Shown: positions 9,053 through 18,096 of the stretch, in pieces
How positions within the stretch are numbered: the first letter of the stretch is position 1
How the letters are laid out: every line of letters begins with the position of its first letter
DNA from: a virus
Length of the DNA: 64,000 nt
Reading direction: 5' to 3' (one strand)
Virus record (IMG/VR): IMGVR_UViG_3300035183_001163
Coordinates: 8,637 to 72,636 of that record
Notes under the pieces: generated by a model
Databases searched by the model: none
What the model saw: only the letters and a program-made list of their open reading frames with translations
What the model was told of the DNA's origin: nothing
Made by a program: the position numbers and the translations under genes

Positions 9053-9769
9053 ATGCCCTACCGCCCCCTGGACCGTGAGACGTACGACAAGCTCCTGGAA
9101 TCGTTCCGCAACTACCCGGGCGAGATTGACCGCGCTGCGAAGTTCTCGGGCGTCGACTGGCGCACGGCGAAGCGCGCTTGGGCCGGCCCGCCGCGCAAGA
9201 AGCTCGCATGGTTCCGCGTCATCAAAGACGTCCTCGCCGACGAGAAAGCAGAGGCCGAGCGGCTCCGCGCCCAGCAGGACGCCGCGCTCACCGCGGAGCG
9301 AGAGCGCATCGCGAAAGAGGCCGAAGACGCCCGCCGGCTGGAAGAGGAAGCGCGGATGGTCGACGAGGCGAGCCTCCGAACGCTCCGCAAGGACGCCCTC
9401 GCGGGGCTCGTCGCGTGCGCGGCGCTCACCGACGGCATCGGAAAGCTCGCCAAGCGAATCGGCGACCAGCTCTCCACCGGCGTCGACAAGAACGGCAAGC
9501 CGCTCGACATCGAGGTGGGCTCGACGCTCAAGATTCTCCGCGACTACTCGCTCACCGTCGGGCGCCTCGGCCACATCGTCGACACCATCGCGAGCATGCA
9601 GCGCGTGAAGGAAGGGCTCCCCACCGCCGTCATGGGCATCAACGTCGCGCACATCACGCTGGAGGACGCGGAGCGCGAGGTCGAATTCGCGAAGGGCGCC
9701 CTGGAGCGCGCGCGGGAGCTGGGCCTCGTCGTCCACTCCGGCGGCGCGGAGGCAAAGAAGCCGGCTTAG
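9053..9769 (+). CDS. putative terminase small subunit
   Basis: N-terminal HTH (IDRAAKFSGVDWRTAKRAW), coiled-coil core, C-terminal RVKEGLPT; architecture only. Confidence 0.45.
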   Translation: MPYRPLDRETYDKLLESFRNYPGEIDRAAKFSGVDWRTAKRAWAGPPRKKLAWFRVIKDVLADEKAEAERLRAQQDAALTAERERIAKEAEDARRLEEEARMVDEASLRTLRKDALAGLVACAALTDGIGKLAKRIGDQLSTGVDKNGKPLDIEVGSTLKILRDYSLTVGRLGHIVDTIASMQRVKEGLPTAVMGINVAHITLEDAEREVEFAKGALERARELGLVVHSGGAEAKKPA

Positions 9770-9778
9770 CTCTCGCCG

Positions 9779-9798
9779 CCCTGTCGCTCGCGACAGGG
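9779..9798. promoter_or_regulatory. 9-bp inverted repeat (operator or hairpin)
   Basis: CCCTGTCGC-TC-GCGACAGGG in the intergenic region. Confidence 0.4.
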
Positions 9799-9834
9799 TA
9801 GCACGTCACGCAACCTCAGCACAAGGACCGAACG

Positions 9835-10161
9835 ATGAGCACCCCCAAGAAGACCCACGACCCCGCCCAGCCCGGCTACTCGGGCGCCACGCCCGTCGCG
9901 CTCTCAGGAGCATCCATCCCCGAGGCCGCGAGCAGCGAGGCGCGCCCCAAGCAGCGGCGCGGCTTCGCGTGCATCGACCCCGAGCGCCGCCGCGAGATTG
10001 CTCGCAAGGGCGGACGTGCCGCGCACGCCGCCGGCACCGCCCACCAGTTCACGAGCGACGAGGCGCGCGCGGCCGGCAAGAAGGGCGGGACCGCCCCGCA
10101 CGTCCGGCGCGGACGCGGTCCCGGCGACAAGCCCGCCGCGAACACGGAGACGGCCCAGTGA
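9835..10161 (+). CDS. KGG-repeat stress-induced protein (YciG/GsiB/CON-10-like)
   Basis: RGFACIDPERRREIARKGG…HQFTSDEARAAGKKGG. Confidence 0.85.
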   Translation: MSTPKKTHDPAQPGYSGATPVALSGASIPEAASSEARPKQRRGFACIDPERRREIARKGGRAAHAAGTAHQFTSDEARAAGKKGGTAPHVRRGRGPGDKPAANTETAQ

Positions 10162-10340
10162 AGCGCGTCGCCAAGAAGGACCTCCCGCCGCTCCCGCGCG
10201 CGGTCTGGTTCCTCCGGTGTCGCGGGGGAATCCTGATGCTGACGCCGTTCTTCACGCGGAAGGAAGCCCGCGCGAAGGCGCGCAAGGGCGAGACCCCGGT
10301 GGGGCCGTTCGTCCTCGCGGAGCGCCGCGGGCAGGAGTGA
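10158..10340 (+). CDS. small hypothetical protein
   Basis: GTGA overlap with the KGG gene. Confidence 0.5.
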   Translation: MKRVAKKDLPPLPRAVWFLRCRGGILMLTPFFTRKEARAKARKGETPVGPFVLAERRGQE

Positions 10341-10346
10341 CCGACA

Positions 10347-10535
10347 ATGGGATACCCCACGCCTGACTTCTGCCAGTTCGTCTGGTGCTTCGCGTTCCTC
10401 ACGGCCGTGAAGCGCCTCGACGTCGGCCAGGCGTGGGCTGTCGCCGACGAGCAGCGCGCGCGGTACCATGAGCGCGTGACGCGCGGCCAGCTACGGGAGC
10501 GGAGCGACGTCAAGAAACGGAAGAAGGCGAAGTGA
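10347..10535 (+). CDS. small hypothetical protein
   Basis: RBS AGGAG upstream. Confidence 0.45.
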   Translation: MGYPTPDFCQFVWCFAFLTAVKRLDVGQAWAVADEQRARYHERVTRGQLRERSDVKKRKKAK

Positions 10536-10783
10536 GCACGTTTCGTCCCCCGCCCCAGTGCCCGCCCGACTCCGAACCGACGCTCCCGAGCACCCCGTCC
10601 CCGGCGCTCCCCTACCGCGCCGCCGTCCCGGTGCTCGACGCGGAGCCTGACCCCTTCCCGCCGCCCCATCGGTATACGTCGACGGCGTGCGTCCACGGGG
10701 AGCACGCGGCCTGTCGCGGGACGTGTAAGTTCTGCGCCGATGCGTGCCGGTGCCCCTGCCACGTCGCTCCGACGGTGCCGTGA
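10532..10783 (+). CDS. small Cys/His-rich protein
   Basis: CVHGEHAACRGTCKFC…CRCPCH. Confidence 0.55.
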   Translation: MSTFRPPPQCPPDSEPTLPSTPSPALPYRAAVPVLDAEPDPFPPPHRYTSTACVHGEHAACRGTCKFCADACRCPCHVAPTVP

Positions 10784-10959
10784 TGAATCACCCGAGCGAG
10801 AGCGGAGAGCCCTTCTGCCGGTCGGCGTGGAAGCCGGTTCAGTCGTCCGGGATGCGTCCGGGCTATGACTGCCGTTGCTCGGGCTGCATGCAGTCCCTCG
10901 GGCAGGCGATGGACCCCGCGGTGCTCCGCGAGATGGCGCGCCAGGCGAGGTCCGCGTGA
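10783..10959 (+). CDS. small Cys-rich protein
   Basis: TGATG overlap; CRCSGC. Confidence 0.45.
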   Translation: MNHPSESGEPFCRSAWKPVQSSGMRPGYDCRCSGCMQSLGQAMDPAVLREMARQARSA

Positions 10960-11204
10960 GCCTCAAGACGACCTGCGAGTGTTCGCACGACCGTGACACC
11001 CACTTCAAGAACCTCTCGACGGGCAAGCGCGAGAGCTGCCTGGCGCGGGACTGCGGCTGCGTGGAGTACATCCCGGCCGCCGACCCGTCGCGCCCGAAGG
11101 GGTGCCCGCCTAAGCCGGAGCCCAGCGCGTCCAGCTTCATCGCGTACGTGGACGACGACGAGGACAACCCGCACTGGTGGGAGGAGATGTATGGGGCCGA
11201 CTAA
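10956..11204 (+). CDS. small Cys/His-rich protein
   Basis: CECSH…H…SC…DCGC..Y. Confidence 0.55.
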   Translation: MSLKTTCECSHDRDTHFKNLSTGKRESCLARDCGCVEYIPAADPSRPKGCPPKPEPSASSFIAYVDDDEDNPHWWEEMYGAD

Positions 11205-11526
11205 GAAGCCCGACCCGAAGACGCCGCTGACGGAGACGCTCGACGACTGGACATTCAAGTACGAGCTGACGCCGGCGGAGCGCGAGGTCCTCTTCGCGAC
11301 CGCGACGGGCTCCGCCACGCACGCGGAGCTGGCGCGGATGCGCGAGACGACCCCGGACACCGTCAAGGCCCAGTCCTCGGACGTGTGCAAGAAGGTCGGC
11401 GCGCGCTCCCTGCTCGACGCGTCGCTCCGCCTCTTCCGGGAGGCGTACGCGCTCGCGGAGAGCGACCGCGAGATGCGGGACGCGAAGCGGGAGAAGCTCG
11501 GGGAAGACGAGGACGACCATGGCTGA
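11191..11526 (+). CDS. LuxR-type HTH transcriptional regulator
   Basis: LTPAEREVL…G…AELARMRETTPDTVKAQSSDVCKKVGARS. Confidence 0.75.
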   Translation: MGPTKKPDPKTPLTETLDDWTFKYELTPAEREVLFATATGSATHAELARMRETTPDTVKAQSSDVCKKVGARSLLDASLRLFREAYALAESDREMRDAKREKLGEDEDDHG

Positions 11527-11890
11527 GCCGAAGACGCGCGAGGAGTACGACACCGCCTACAGGGCGAACACGAAGGTCTCGGGGTTCGGGCTCGGTACGA
11601 GCGTCCACTACCCCTGTCCGTTCTGCGCCGCGCCCGATTGGGTCGTGACGCGCATCCTCGACATGGAGCAGACCTTCCAGCGCCCGCACGCGTGCTCGAC
11701 GTGTAGCCGCGCCGCTCGCCTCGTCATCAAGCGCCCCGCGCCCGCCGACGCCATCACGTTCCACCTCGTCCAGACCGCTGGCCCCGACCCCGCGCCGTAC
11801 CTCGCCGGGCTCTGCGTCCGGGAGGGCGACGGGAAGCAGGCGCCGGTCATCGGCGCTCTCGCGAAGCCGGAGCGCCCGCGCGGGAACTAG
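11519..11890 (+). CDS. Zn-ribbon hypothetical protein
   Basis: CPFC…CSTC. Confidence 0.6.
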   Translation: MAEPKTREEYDTAYRANTKVSGFGLGTSVHYPCPFCAAPDWVVTRILDMEQTFQRPHACSTCSRAARLVIKRPAPADAITFHLVQTAGPDPAPYLAGLCVREGDGKQAPVIGALAKPERPRGN

Positions 11891-11915
11891 GTGCCCGGCC
11901 CGGGAAGAACCGGGT

Positions 11916-12131
11916 ATGGGTATCTCCGCCGAAGACTTCCCCCGCGAGCACCGCGGCGCCACGCTGCTCGACGCCCGCGAGACGCACGATGGCTTCGCGG
12001 CCCGCTACCGTCTCCCCGACGGCGAAACGTTTCCCGTCCGCATCCCGCGCGACCTCGCCCCGTGCTTCACGCGCGGGGACATGCTCTGCACCCTGGACGC
12101 GTTCCTCGACGCCGCGGAGCGGACGCTATGA
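11916..12131 (+). CDS. small hypothetical protein
   Basis: ORF with typical codon usage. Confidence 0.5.
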   Translation: MGISAEDFPREHRGATLLDARETHDGFAARYRLPDGETFPVRIPRDLAPCFTRGDMLCTLDAFLDAAERTL

Positions 12132-12240
12132 AGCCGGACGTCTGGCAGCTCCGCGGCTCGCGCTCGATGGGCGAGGGCGTGCTGGCCGACGGGCTCAGCG
12201 AGGGCGGCTGGGTCCAGCTCGCGCGCGCGTACCGGGGCCG

Positions 12241-12555
12241 ATGAGCACGTCCTCGCCCGCCGGTCGCCTCGAAGCGCTCGCGGAGAGGGCCGTCCTCTCC
12301 GTCGCCACCCACGGCCACGTCGGGGAGCGCGCGCTGTTCGCGGCCATCATGGGCGCGGAGCTAGGCCCGGACGAAGACGAGGCGCGCGCGGTCGTCACGT
12401 TCGCGGTGCTCCGCGGCTTCATCGAGCCGGTGGAGGTCGAGCGCGTCGTCCCGACACCGAAGGGCTCGTGGCGCATCACGCTGCTCCAGTACCGGCTCAC
12501 GAAGAACGAGGAGCGGCTCCGCGAGGCGTTCGGTGTCATCGGGCGGCCGCGGTGA
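12241..12555 (+). CDS. winged-helix family protein
   Basis: ARAVVTFAVLRGFIE…YRLT. Confidence 0.55.
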   Translation: MSTSSPAGRLEALAERAVLSVATHGHVGERALFAAIMGAELGPDEDEARAVVTFAVLRGFIEPVEVERVVPTPKGSWRITLLQYRLTKNEERLREAFGVIGRPR

Positions 12556-12821
12556 GCGACGACTTCGACGACATCGTGTGGTGCGTCGTCACCGTCGTCC
12601 GGAAGAACGGCGGCCGCATCGGGCTCACCGCGGACGAGGTCCTCGCGGGGTGGGAGCGGGTCACCGCCGGCTCGCGCCCGAAGCCCGACCGCGAGACGGT
12701 GAAGGCCGCCGCGGTCGTCGCTGTCGAGCAGGGCGACCTTCGCTGGAGCGCGGTGAGCGCTCCGGACGGCGAGCCGCGCGCCTTCCACCCCCACGCGGCG
12801 CTCCTCCGGGGCTACCCGTGA
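12552..12821 (+). CDS. winged-helix family protein
   Basis: LTADEVL…ETVKAAAVVAVEQGDLRW. Confidence 0.55.
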   Translation: MSDDFDDIVWCVVTVVRKNGGRIGLTADEVLAGWERVTAGSRPKPDRETVKAAAVVAVEQGDLRWSAVSAPDGEPRAFHPHAALLRGYP

Positions 12822-13138
12822 ACCCGTTGGTCCTGGAGGAGATGGCGTGGACGGTGGCGATGACCGTCGCGCGGAGCGGCGTCATCATCGATGATGGGCT
12901 GGAGCTGAGGCTCACGCCGCTGCTCCCGCGCGGAGAGGACCGGCGCGCCGCCGTCGCGCTCGCGCTGCTCCGCGGCTGGATAGCGCTGGAGGACTACGGC
13001 CACCGGACGTACGGGCGGGACTTCTACGTCGTCGGGGACCGCTTCCATCGCGACAAGCGCGCGCGGTACGAGAAGCTCCACGGAATCGGCACCTACCCGC
13101 GGGAAGATTGGGAGGATGGGTATCGTCGCTCCCGCTGA
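12818..13138 (+). CDS. winged-helix family protein
   Basis: RRAAVALALLRGWI…YVVG. Confidence 0.5.
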   Translation: MNPLVLEEMAWTVAMTVARSGVIIDDGLELRLTPLLPRGEDRRAAVALALLRGWIALEDYGHRTYGRDFYVVGDRFHRDKRARYEKLHGIGTYPREDWEDGYRRSR

Positions 13139-13340
13139 GTTCCATCCCGGACGCGAGCAGCTCCGGGAGGGCTACGACCCCGCCGACTTCCCGCGCGACT
13201 TCGCCGCGGACGAGAAGGCGCTCCGGACCATGTACCCCGGCAAGCCTCCGAAGCTCGGGGACATCCACCGCTGGCTCGACGGACGCGACCGCACGGAGTC
13301 CCGCGGCCGTGCCGCTCTCATCCGGCGGGCTGGCGTATGA
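13116..13340 (+). CDS. small hypothetical protein
   Basis: RBS GGAGG; coupled to the next gene. Confidence 0.45.
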   Translation: MGIVAPAEFHPGREQLREGYDPADFPRDFAADEKALRTMYPGKPPKLGDIHRWLDGRDRTESRGRAALIRRAGV

Positions 13341-13651
13341 CCATCGACCACGCGGAGCTGCGCTTCAACGAGCGCGCCAACTACCTCTACAGCGCGTGCG
13401 TCGACCTGCTCCGCCGCCACGGCATCGGCGTCGAGATGACCGTGCCGAAGGTGCTCGCGCTGCTCCCATCGCTCGGGCGCTTCTACCCCGGCTTCGCGCC
13501 GCCGTCAGTGGACGAGGTCCGGGCGGCGCTCGTCGTCGCGACGGAGCGCGGAGAGCTGGAGTGGACCGTCGGCGCGGACGGTGAGCAGCGCGTGCGCCTC
13601 TCGCGTGAGCGGGCGTACGGCGGCAGCCCGGTGTACGACTATGACGACTGA
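13337..13651 (+). CDS. winged-helix family protein
   Basis: MTVPKVL…DEVRAALVVATERGELEW…VRLS. Confidence 0.55.
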   Translation: MTIDHAELRFNERANYLYSACVDLLRRHGIGVEMTVPKVLALLPSLGRFYPGFAPPSVDEVRAALVVATERGELEWTVGADGEQRVRLSRERAYGGSPVYDYDD

Positions 13652-13889
13652 GATGACCTGCACCCAGCGGACAGCGTGCGGTCATCTCTGCGGCCGCCCG
13701 CACCACGCGACGATGCGGTGGCCCGGCGCGGAGCCGCTCCCCATCTGCTACGCGCACGCCATCCGCGGGGCGGGCATCGCGGAGCACCTCGGCTTCACGC
13801 TCGACCTCCAGTGGACGCCGGAGGGCGACGAATACCGGCGCGCGCTCGACGCCATCGAGCGCCTCAAGAATGAGGCGTTGGAGCGGTAA
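13641..13889 (+). CDS. small Cys/His-rich protein
   Basis: CTQRTACGHLC…ICYAH. Confidence 0.5.
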   Translation: MTTEMTCTQRTACGHLCGRPHHATMRWPGAEPLPICYAHAIRGAGIAEHLGFTLDLQWTPEGDEYRRALDAIERLKNEALER

Positions 13890-13899
13890 GAGAACGCTC

Positions 13900-14307
13900 G
13901 TGAACCAGAAGCCGCCCCGCGTCTCGCGCGCCGTCGCGAGCCTCATCCATCTGCTCTCGTCCCACCGAACGTCGCCCTGGTACCAGTTCCAGCGCGTGAA
14001 GCGCGGTCGGGTGAACCACCGGCCGGCCTGGGCGCAGGGCCTCGGCGGCCGCTCCGGCGTGTACGAGATTCCCGAGTGGGACTTCAAGCGCGCGCTCTCG
14101 CTCGGGGTCGTCGAGGCCATCGGCGCGACCGCGAATGAGGTCGAGCAGCTCCCCGTGGGCACGCGCATCAAGGTCCGCGTGACCGACCTCGGGCGCGCCG
14201 CGCTCGTCGTCGCGGACGCGCGCGAGCAGCGCACGCCGCAACCGGGCATCGTCGCGGGCGTGCCTTTCGGGCCGCTGCCGCGGTACATCGCGCCGGGGTC
14301 GACGTGA
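13900..14307 (+). CDS. winged-helix family protein
   Basis: RALSLGVVE…VRVTDLGRAAL. Confidence 0.55.
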   Translation: MNQKPPRVSRAVASLIHLLSSHRTSPWYQFQRVKRGRVNHRPAWAQGLGGRSGVYEIPEWDFKRALSLGVVEAIGATANEVEQLPVGTRIKVRVTDLGRAALVVADAREQRTPQPGIVAGVPFGPLPRYIAPGST

Positions 14308-14825
14308 GCCGGCGTCGCGTCCAGCAGCGCTCGAAGGCGTCGCCACTCCACGACTATCGCCGGACGTGGCCCATCGACCGCGTCGCGCGGAACATGACCC
14401 CGACGATGTGGAAGGAGCTGGAGTTCATCGCGGAGGGCGAAGACGGTCGGAGGAACGCCGACCGCTACCGCGTGAGCTGGGGCACCGTCACGAGCCTCGA
14501 ACGGCGCGCGCTCGTGGAGACGGTGCGCGACTTCCGCTCTGAGGGCGACCTCGGCCCGCTCGTCTCGGTGACCATCACGGAGCGCGGCCGCGCGTGCTTG
14601 TCCATCAAGGGCCTGACCTTCCCGAGCTGGTGGAAGGTCCCCGAAGACGCGAGGGCCACGCTCATCTCCGGAGTCGGTGGGGGAGGCGGTGGCGGCGCGT
14701 CGAACATGCTCGTCTTCCCTCCGGGGCCGTCGCCGACCACCGCGCATATCCCGGTCACGCCCGGTCAGCAGCTCGACATTACGATTGGCCGCGGCGGCGC
14801 GGGAAGAAAGCGGCGTGGGAAGTAG
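14304..14825 (+). CDS. winged-helix protein with C-terminal glycine-rich fragment
   Basis: TVTSLERRALVE…ITERGRACL; GGGGGGG…VTPGQQLDITIGRGGAG. Confidence 0.6.
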   Translation: MSRRRVQQRSKASPLHDYRRTWPIDRVARNMTPTMWKELEFIAEGEDGRRNADRYRVSWGTVTSLERRALVETVRDFRSEGDLGPLVSVTITERGRACLSIKGLTFPSWWKVPEDARATLISGVGGGGGGGASNMLVFPPGPSPTTAHIPVTPGQQLDITIGRGGAGRKRRGK

Positions 14826-15171
14826 GGTTCCGGTCCCGAAGCTGACGCGCGCGGAGGGCTACGCGCTCGAATCGCTCGAATCGACCGCGCGCGAGGTCGG
14901 CGACACCGCGTTCCATCTCTGCCGCGCCGCCGACCGCTCCGTGTACTACCGGAGGAACGGCGGCCATGTCGAGGCAGAGTACGTCGACGGCTTCATCCGG
15001 CGCGCGATGGTCGCGCTCCACGAACACCGCGTGTTCCAAGACGGCGTGGAGCTGGACCATCCGTTCTACCGCGTGGAGCTGCTCCCTCGGGGTGCGGCCG
15101 CGCTGCTAGTCTGGCAAGAGGGAGGCCGGTCCCCGCGACACGGCCGCCGACGACCGAGGAGGGCAGGATGA
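14815..15171 (+). CDS. winged-helix family protein
   Basis: LTRAEGYALESL…FIRRAMV…VELLPRGAAAL. Confidence 0.5.
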   Translation: MGSRVPVPKLTRAEGYALESLESTAREVGDTAFHLCRAADRSVYYRRNGGHVEAEYVDGFIRRAMVALHEHRVFQDGVELDHPFYRVELLPRGAAALLVWQEGGRSPRHGRRRPRRAG

Positions 15172-15614
15172 CCGGGGCGGAGTGGCGACGGGTACGGCGC
15201 GGCGAGCAGCTCTCCCACCCGCTCGCGTCGCGCGACATCGCGGAGACCCACGCCGACCTCTCCGTGCCGCTCGTCAACGTGCTCAAGGCCATCGCGAGGC
15301 GCGTCGACTCCGGCGTCCCCGTCGACGGGTACCGGCTCGCCGCGATGGTCGTGCCGCAGGCTGCGACGCACAACGTCCAGCTCCAGCAGGTCGAGGCGCT
15401 CTGGAAGCGCGGCCTCCTCGACGTCCGGTGGGCGCGCGTCCCGAAGAACGCCCCGATGACCGTCCGCGTCGCCGGCGTCGAGGTGACGGAGCGCGGGCGC
15501 GCGGTGCTCGCCGTCGAGCGGCTCCTGTACCCTGATGGCCGCCCGACGCCCGAACAGCACGTGGTCTCGCGGGCGTGGCTCGCGTCGGCCAACTTCGGGA
15601 CGCCGGGGCCGTGA
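15168..15614 (+). CDS. winged-helix family protein
   Basis: VEALWKRGLL…VEVTERGRAVL. Confidence 0.6.
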   Translation: MTGAEWRRVRRGEQLSHPLASRDIAETHADLSVPLVNVLKAIARRVDSGVPVDGYRLAAMVVPQAATHNVQLQQVEALWKRGLLDVRWARVPKNAPMTVRVAGVEVTERGRAVLAVERLLYPDGRPTPEQHVVSRAWLASANFGTPGP

Positions 15615-15882
15615 AGCAGCAGGCGGCGCCCGCGTCGAGCCGCTACCCCGGCGTGGTCTTCGACCTCCGCCAGAAGCGGCGCCCTCGCGCGCGTCGGAAC
15701 GGGCACGACCGGGGCCGCCATCCGACGGCTCCGGCGGCTGGGCACTCGCGTCACCGACGAAGAATGGCTGCGGCTCTGCGCGGCGCTCGCGTCCCTAGTC
15801 GACCTTGCCGACGGGAAGAGTCGAGCAGAGCTGGATGCCCAGGTTCGGGACTTCCTCCAGCAGCTCGGGAGCGACGACGACG

Positions 15883-16281
15883 ATGCCCCATAACCCCGCG
15901 TTCGATGACGACATCTCAGAGGTCGTGAAGGAGGCCACCGACTCCGTTGACCGGAGCACGGCGCGCATGCTCCGAACGGTGTCGCATCTCGCGCGCTCCG
16001 TGTACGGCACCATCGCGACGTGCGAGCATCGGACGCCGTTGCCCATCCGCGCGCTCCAGGCGCGCATCTGCGTGCTCGATGACGAGCTGCGGGCGGCGCT
16101 CGTGGAGCTGCACACCTACGGGCTCGTGTCGTTCCGCGACAACGACACGGTGGACCGCTACGGCGCGTGGGCCGCGGAGGTCTCGCGCGTGCTCGGCGGC
16201 GAGCAGGGCGGCCCCGAGTGGCCGTGGTGGCGACTCCCGCTCAAGTACATCCTCGTCTCCTCGTCGTCGGAGCTGGCGTGA
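15883..16281 (+). CDS. winged-helix family protein
   Basis: IRALQARI…DELRAALVELHTYGLV. Confidence 0.5.
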   Translation: MPHNPAFDDDISEVVKEATDSVDRSTARMLRTVSHLARSVYGTIATCEHRTPLPIRALQARICVLDDELRAALVELHTYGLVSFRDNDTVDRYGAWAAEVSRVLGGEQGGPEWPWWRLPLKYILVSSSSELA

Positions 16282-16535
16282 GCGTCGACCCGGCGGACAT
16301 CTTCCCCGGCCGCGCGCCGAAGACGGAGGCCGGCCCGCGCATCACGCGCGACGTGCCGAAGCTCGGGAAGGTCCGGACGCCGTTCCTGGACATGGTGCTC
16401 TCGTGGGCCGCGGCGGGCGGCGAGCACGCAGAGACGCGCGCGAAGGCCATCGCCGCCGTCATCGCGCTCGCGCGGGACCGGCAAGACGTCGAGCCGCGCG
16501 TGGACCACTTCATCAACGAATACGACGGACCCTAG
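16278..16535 (+). CDS. small hypothetical protein
   Basis: GTGA overlap. Confidence 0.5.
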   Translation: MSVDPADIFPGRAPKTEAGPRITRDVPKLGKVRTPFLDMVLSWAAAGGEHAETRAKAIAAVIALARDRQDVEPRVDHFINEYDGP

Positions 16536-16549
16536 GGAAGAACCCGAGC

Positions 16550-17038
16550 ATGGGAACGGACGAGCTGCGGGAGAACGCAGTATGGGACATCGCGACGGCG
16601 GAGCGCGAGGGACGGCTGGAGGCGTGGGCGAAGACGCTCACCGACGACGCGCGGCTGGTGCTCCGGCTCTTACCGTTCGGCGGGCACGTCCGCGTGCTCA
16701 AGGAGGCGGAAGAGGCCGAAGCGCGAGCAGCGGCCCAGCCCGGCGGCCTCGGCGCAAACGGCGGCCTGGTCATCGGCGGCTCCGGCCTCGGCTCGCTCTT
16801 CGGCCCGATGCCCGACGACGCGGTGGAGCCGCTCACCGTCCGCGAAGACCAGCTCACGCAGTTCTTCCGCGCGAGCGGGTGCGGGCGGCTGGAGTCGAAG
16901 TCCAAGAGCGCCGGCGCGCTCGCGGAGCTGATGCTGCGCGGGCTCGTCCGCTCCTTCCAGGACGACGGGGAGCTGGCGCGCTACGCGCTCACCGTCGAGG
17001 GCGCCCGCATCAAGGCCGTGCTCTTCCCGGATGGCTAG
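16550..17038 (+). CDS. winged-helix family protein
   Basis: LTDDARLVLRLL…ALAELMLRGLV…YALTVEG. Confidence 0.6.
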   Translation: MGTDELRENAVWDIATAEREGRLEAWAKTLTDDARLVLRLLPFGGHVRVLKEAEEAEARAAAQPGGLGANGGLVIGGSGLGSLFGPMPDDAVEPLTVREDQLTQFFRASGCGRLESKSKSAGALAELMLRGLVRSFQDDGELARYALTVEGARIKAVLFPDG

Positions 17039-17363
17039 TCGCGCCGCGCGCGTCTACGCGGAGCAGGGACGCGGCGTCCTCGCCGGGGACCACATTGACC
17101 TCCTCACGAGTGTGCTCGAATCGCTGGAGCCGTGGGAGCGGCGAACGCTCGACGCGGTCGCGGCGTCGAGCGGCTTCGCGCCGGTGACCGAGGAGGAACG
17201 GGCCGGCGTCGTCGCGTTGCTCGCGCGCGGGCTCATCCGGCCGCTCGGGCTCGTCCCGGAGGTGTACGGGGTCTCGGGCGATGGCCGCCTGGCGTTGTCG
17301 ACCGAGGCTTTCCGCAAGAAAACCGCCCGATTGCAACAATCGGAGAAAAAAGAGACTCGGTAG
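17031..17363 (+). CDS. winged-helix family protein
   Basis: LEPWERRTL…ALLARGLI…YGVSGDGRLAL. Confidence 0.55.
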   Translation: MASRAARVYAEQGRGVLAGDHIDLLTSVLESLEPWERRTLDAVAASSGFAPVTEEERAGVVALLARGLIRPLGLVPEVYGVSGDGRLALSTEAFRKKTARLQQSEKKETR

Positions 17364-17435
17364 ACTTGCAAGAGTACGAAGCCGGCCGTAAGCTCTCTTT
17401 ACCGGCGCAACGACGCCGCCAAGGAGAAGACGACG
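17345..17435 (+). promoter_or_regulatory. repeated strong sigma70-type promoter cassette, copy 1
   Basis: A-tract, TTGCAA (17366), 17 bp, TAAGCT (17389), CGGCG/CGCCG hairpin, AAGGAG RBS. Confidence 0.8.
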
Positions 17436-17657
17436 ATGACGAAGGCCCAGGCAGAGAAGCTCGTGAAGATGCTCGAAACGTCGAAGGGCGTCCCCGACCA
17501 CGTGGTGGCGTTCGTGGACGACGAGGGCGAGAACATCGTGTTCGCCTCCGACCTCACCGGCTCGCACTCGCTCTCGCTCGCCGTCTCCGACCGCGCCCGC
17601 GTGCTCGCGCACTGGGCCGGCTTCGTCGCCAACAACGTCGCGCGGGTGTCGCAGTGA
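17436..17657 (+). CDS. small hypothetical (early) protein
   Basis: first gene after promoter copy 1; strong RBS. Confidence 0.7.
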   Translation: MTKAQAEKLVKMLETSKGVPDHVVAFVDDEGENIVFASDLTGSHSLSLAVSDRARVLAHWAGFVANNVARVSQ

Positions 17658-17911
17658 GCGCGCGCGAGCGAGCCCGCGACTTCATCGCGGAGAACATCGA
17701 CTGGAACGCGGACGCCGCGACGGAGCTGGAGCAGCTCGCGGAGGCGCTCCTCGCGTTCCAGGAGCGCATCGAGAAGGTGGCCGACGGCGTCGTCCCCGCG
17801 TCGTACAGCGCGCGCGTCTCCCGCGCCGCGGCGTCGCTCGCGGTGGCGCGTCGCGCGCTCGCCGACGTCTCCAACGACATCCGCGCCTCCGCGGACGAGG
17901 ACGACTCGTGA
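17654..17911 (+). CDS. small helical hypothetical protein
   Basis: GTGA overlap. Confidence 0.55.
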   Translation: MSARERARDFIAENIDWNADAATELEQLAEALLAFQERIEKVADGVVPASYSARVSRAAASLAVARRALADVSNDIRASADEDDS

Positions 17912-18096
17912 CCGCACCGCTCATCCTCCGGGACCTCCTCGACGTCTCGCGGGCGATGGCCGAGGTCCACGCGCTCCGCGCGGCCGGGCGCGCCGACTCC
18001 GCCGACCGGCTGGAGCAGCGCATCCGCGCCGCGTGGGCGGAGACCCAGCGCAAGCGCCGCGGAGCAGCGCTCGCGCGTCGCCGGCGCGCCGCATGA
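17908..18096 (+). CDS. small hypothetical protein
   Basis: GTGA overlap. Confidence 0.5.
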   Translation: MTAPLILRDLLDVSRAMAEVHALRAAGRADSADRLEQRIRAAWAETQRKRRGAALARRRRAA

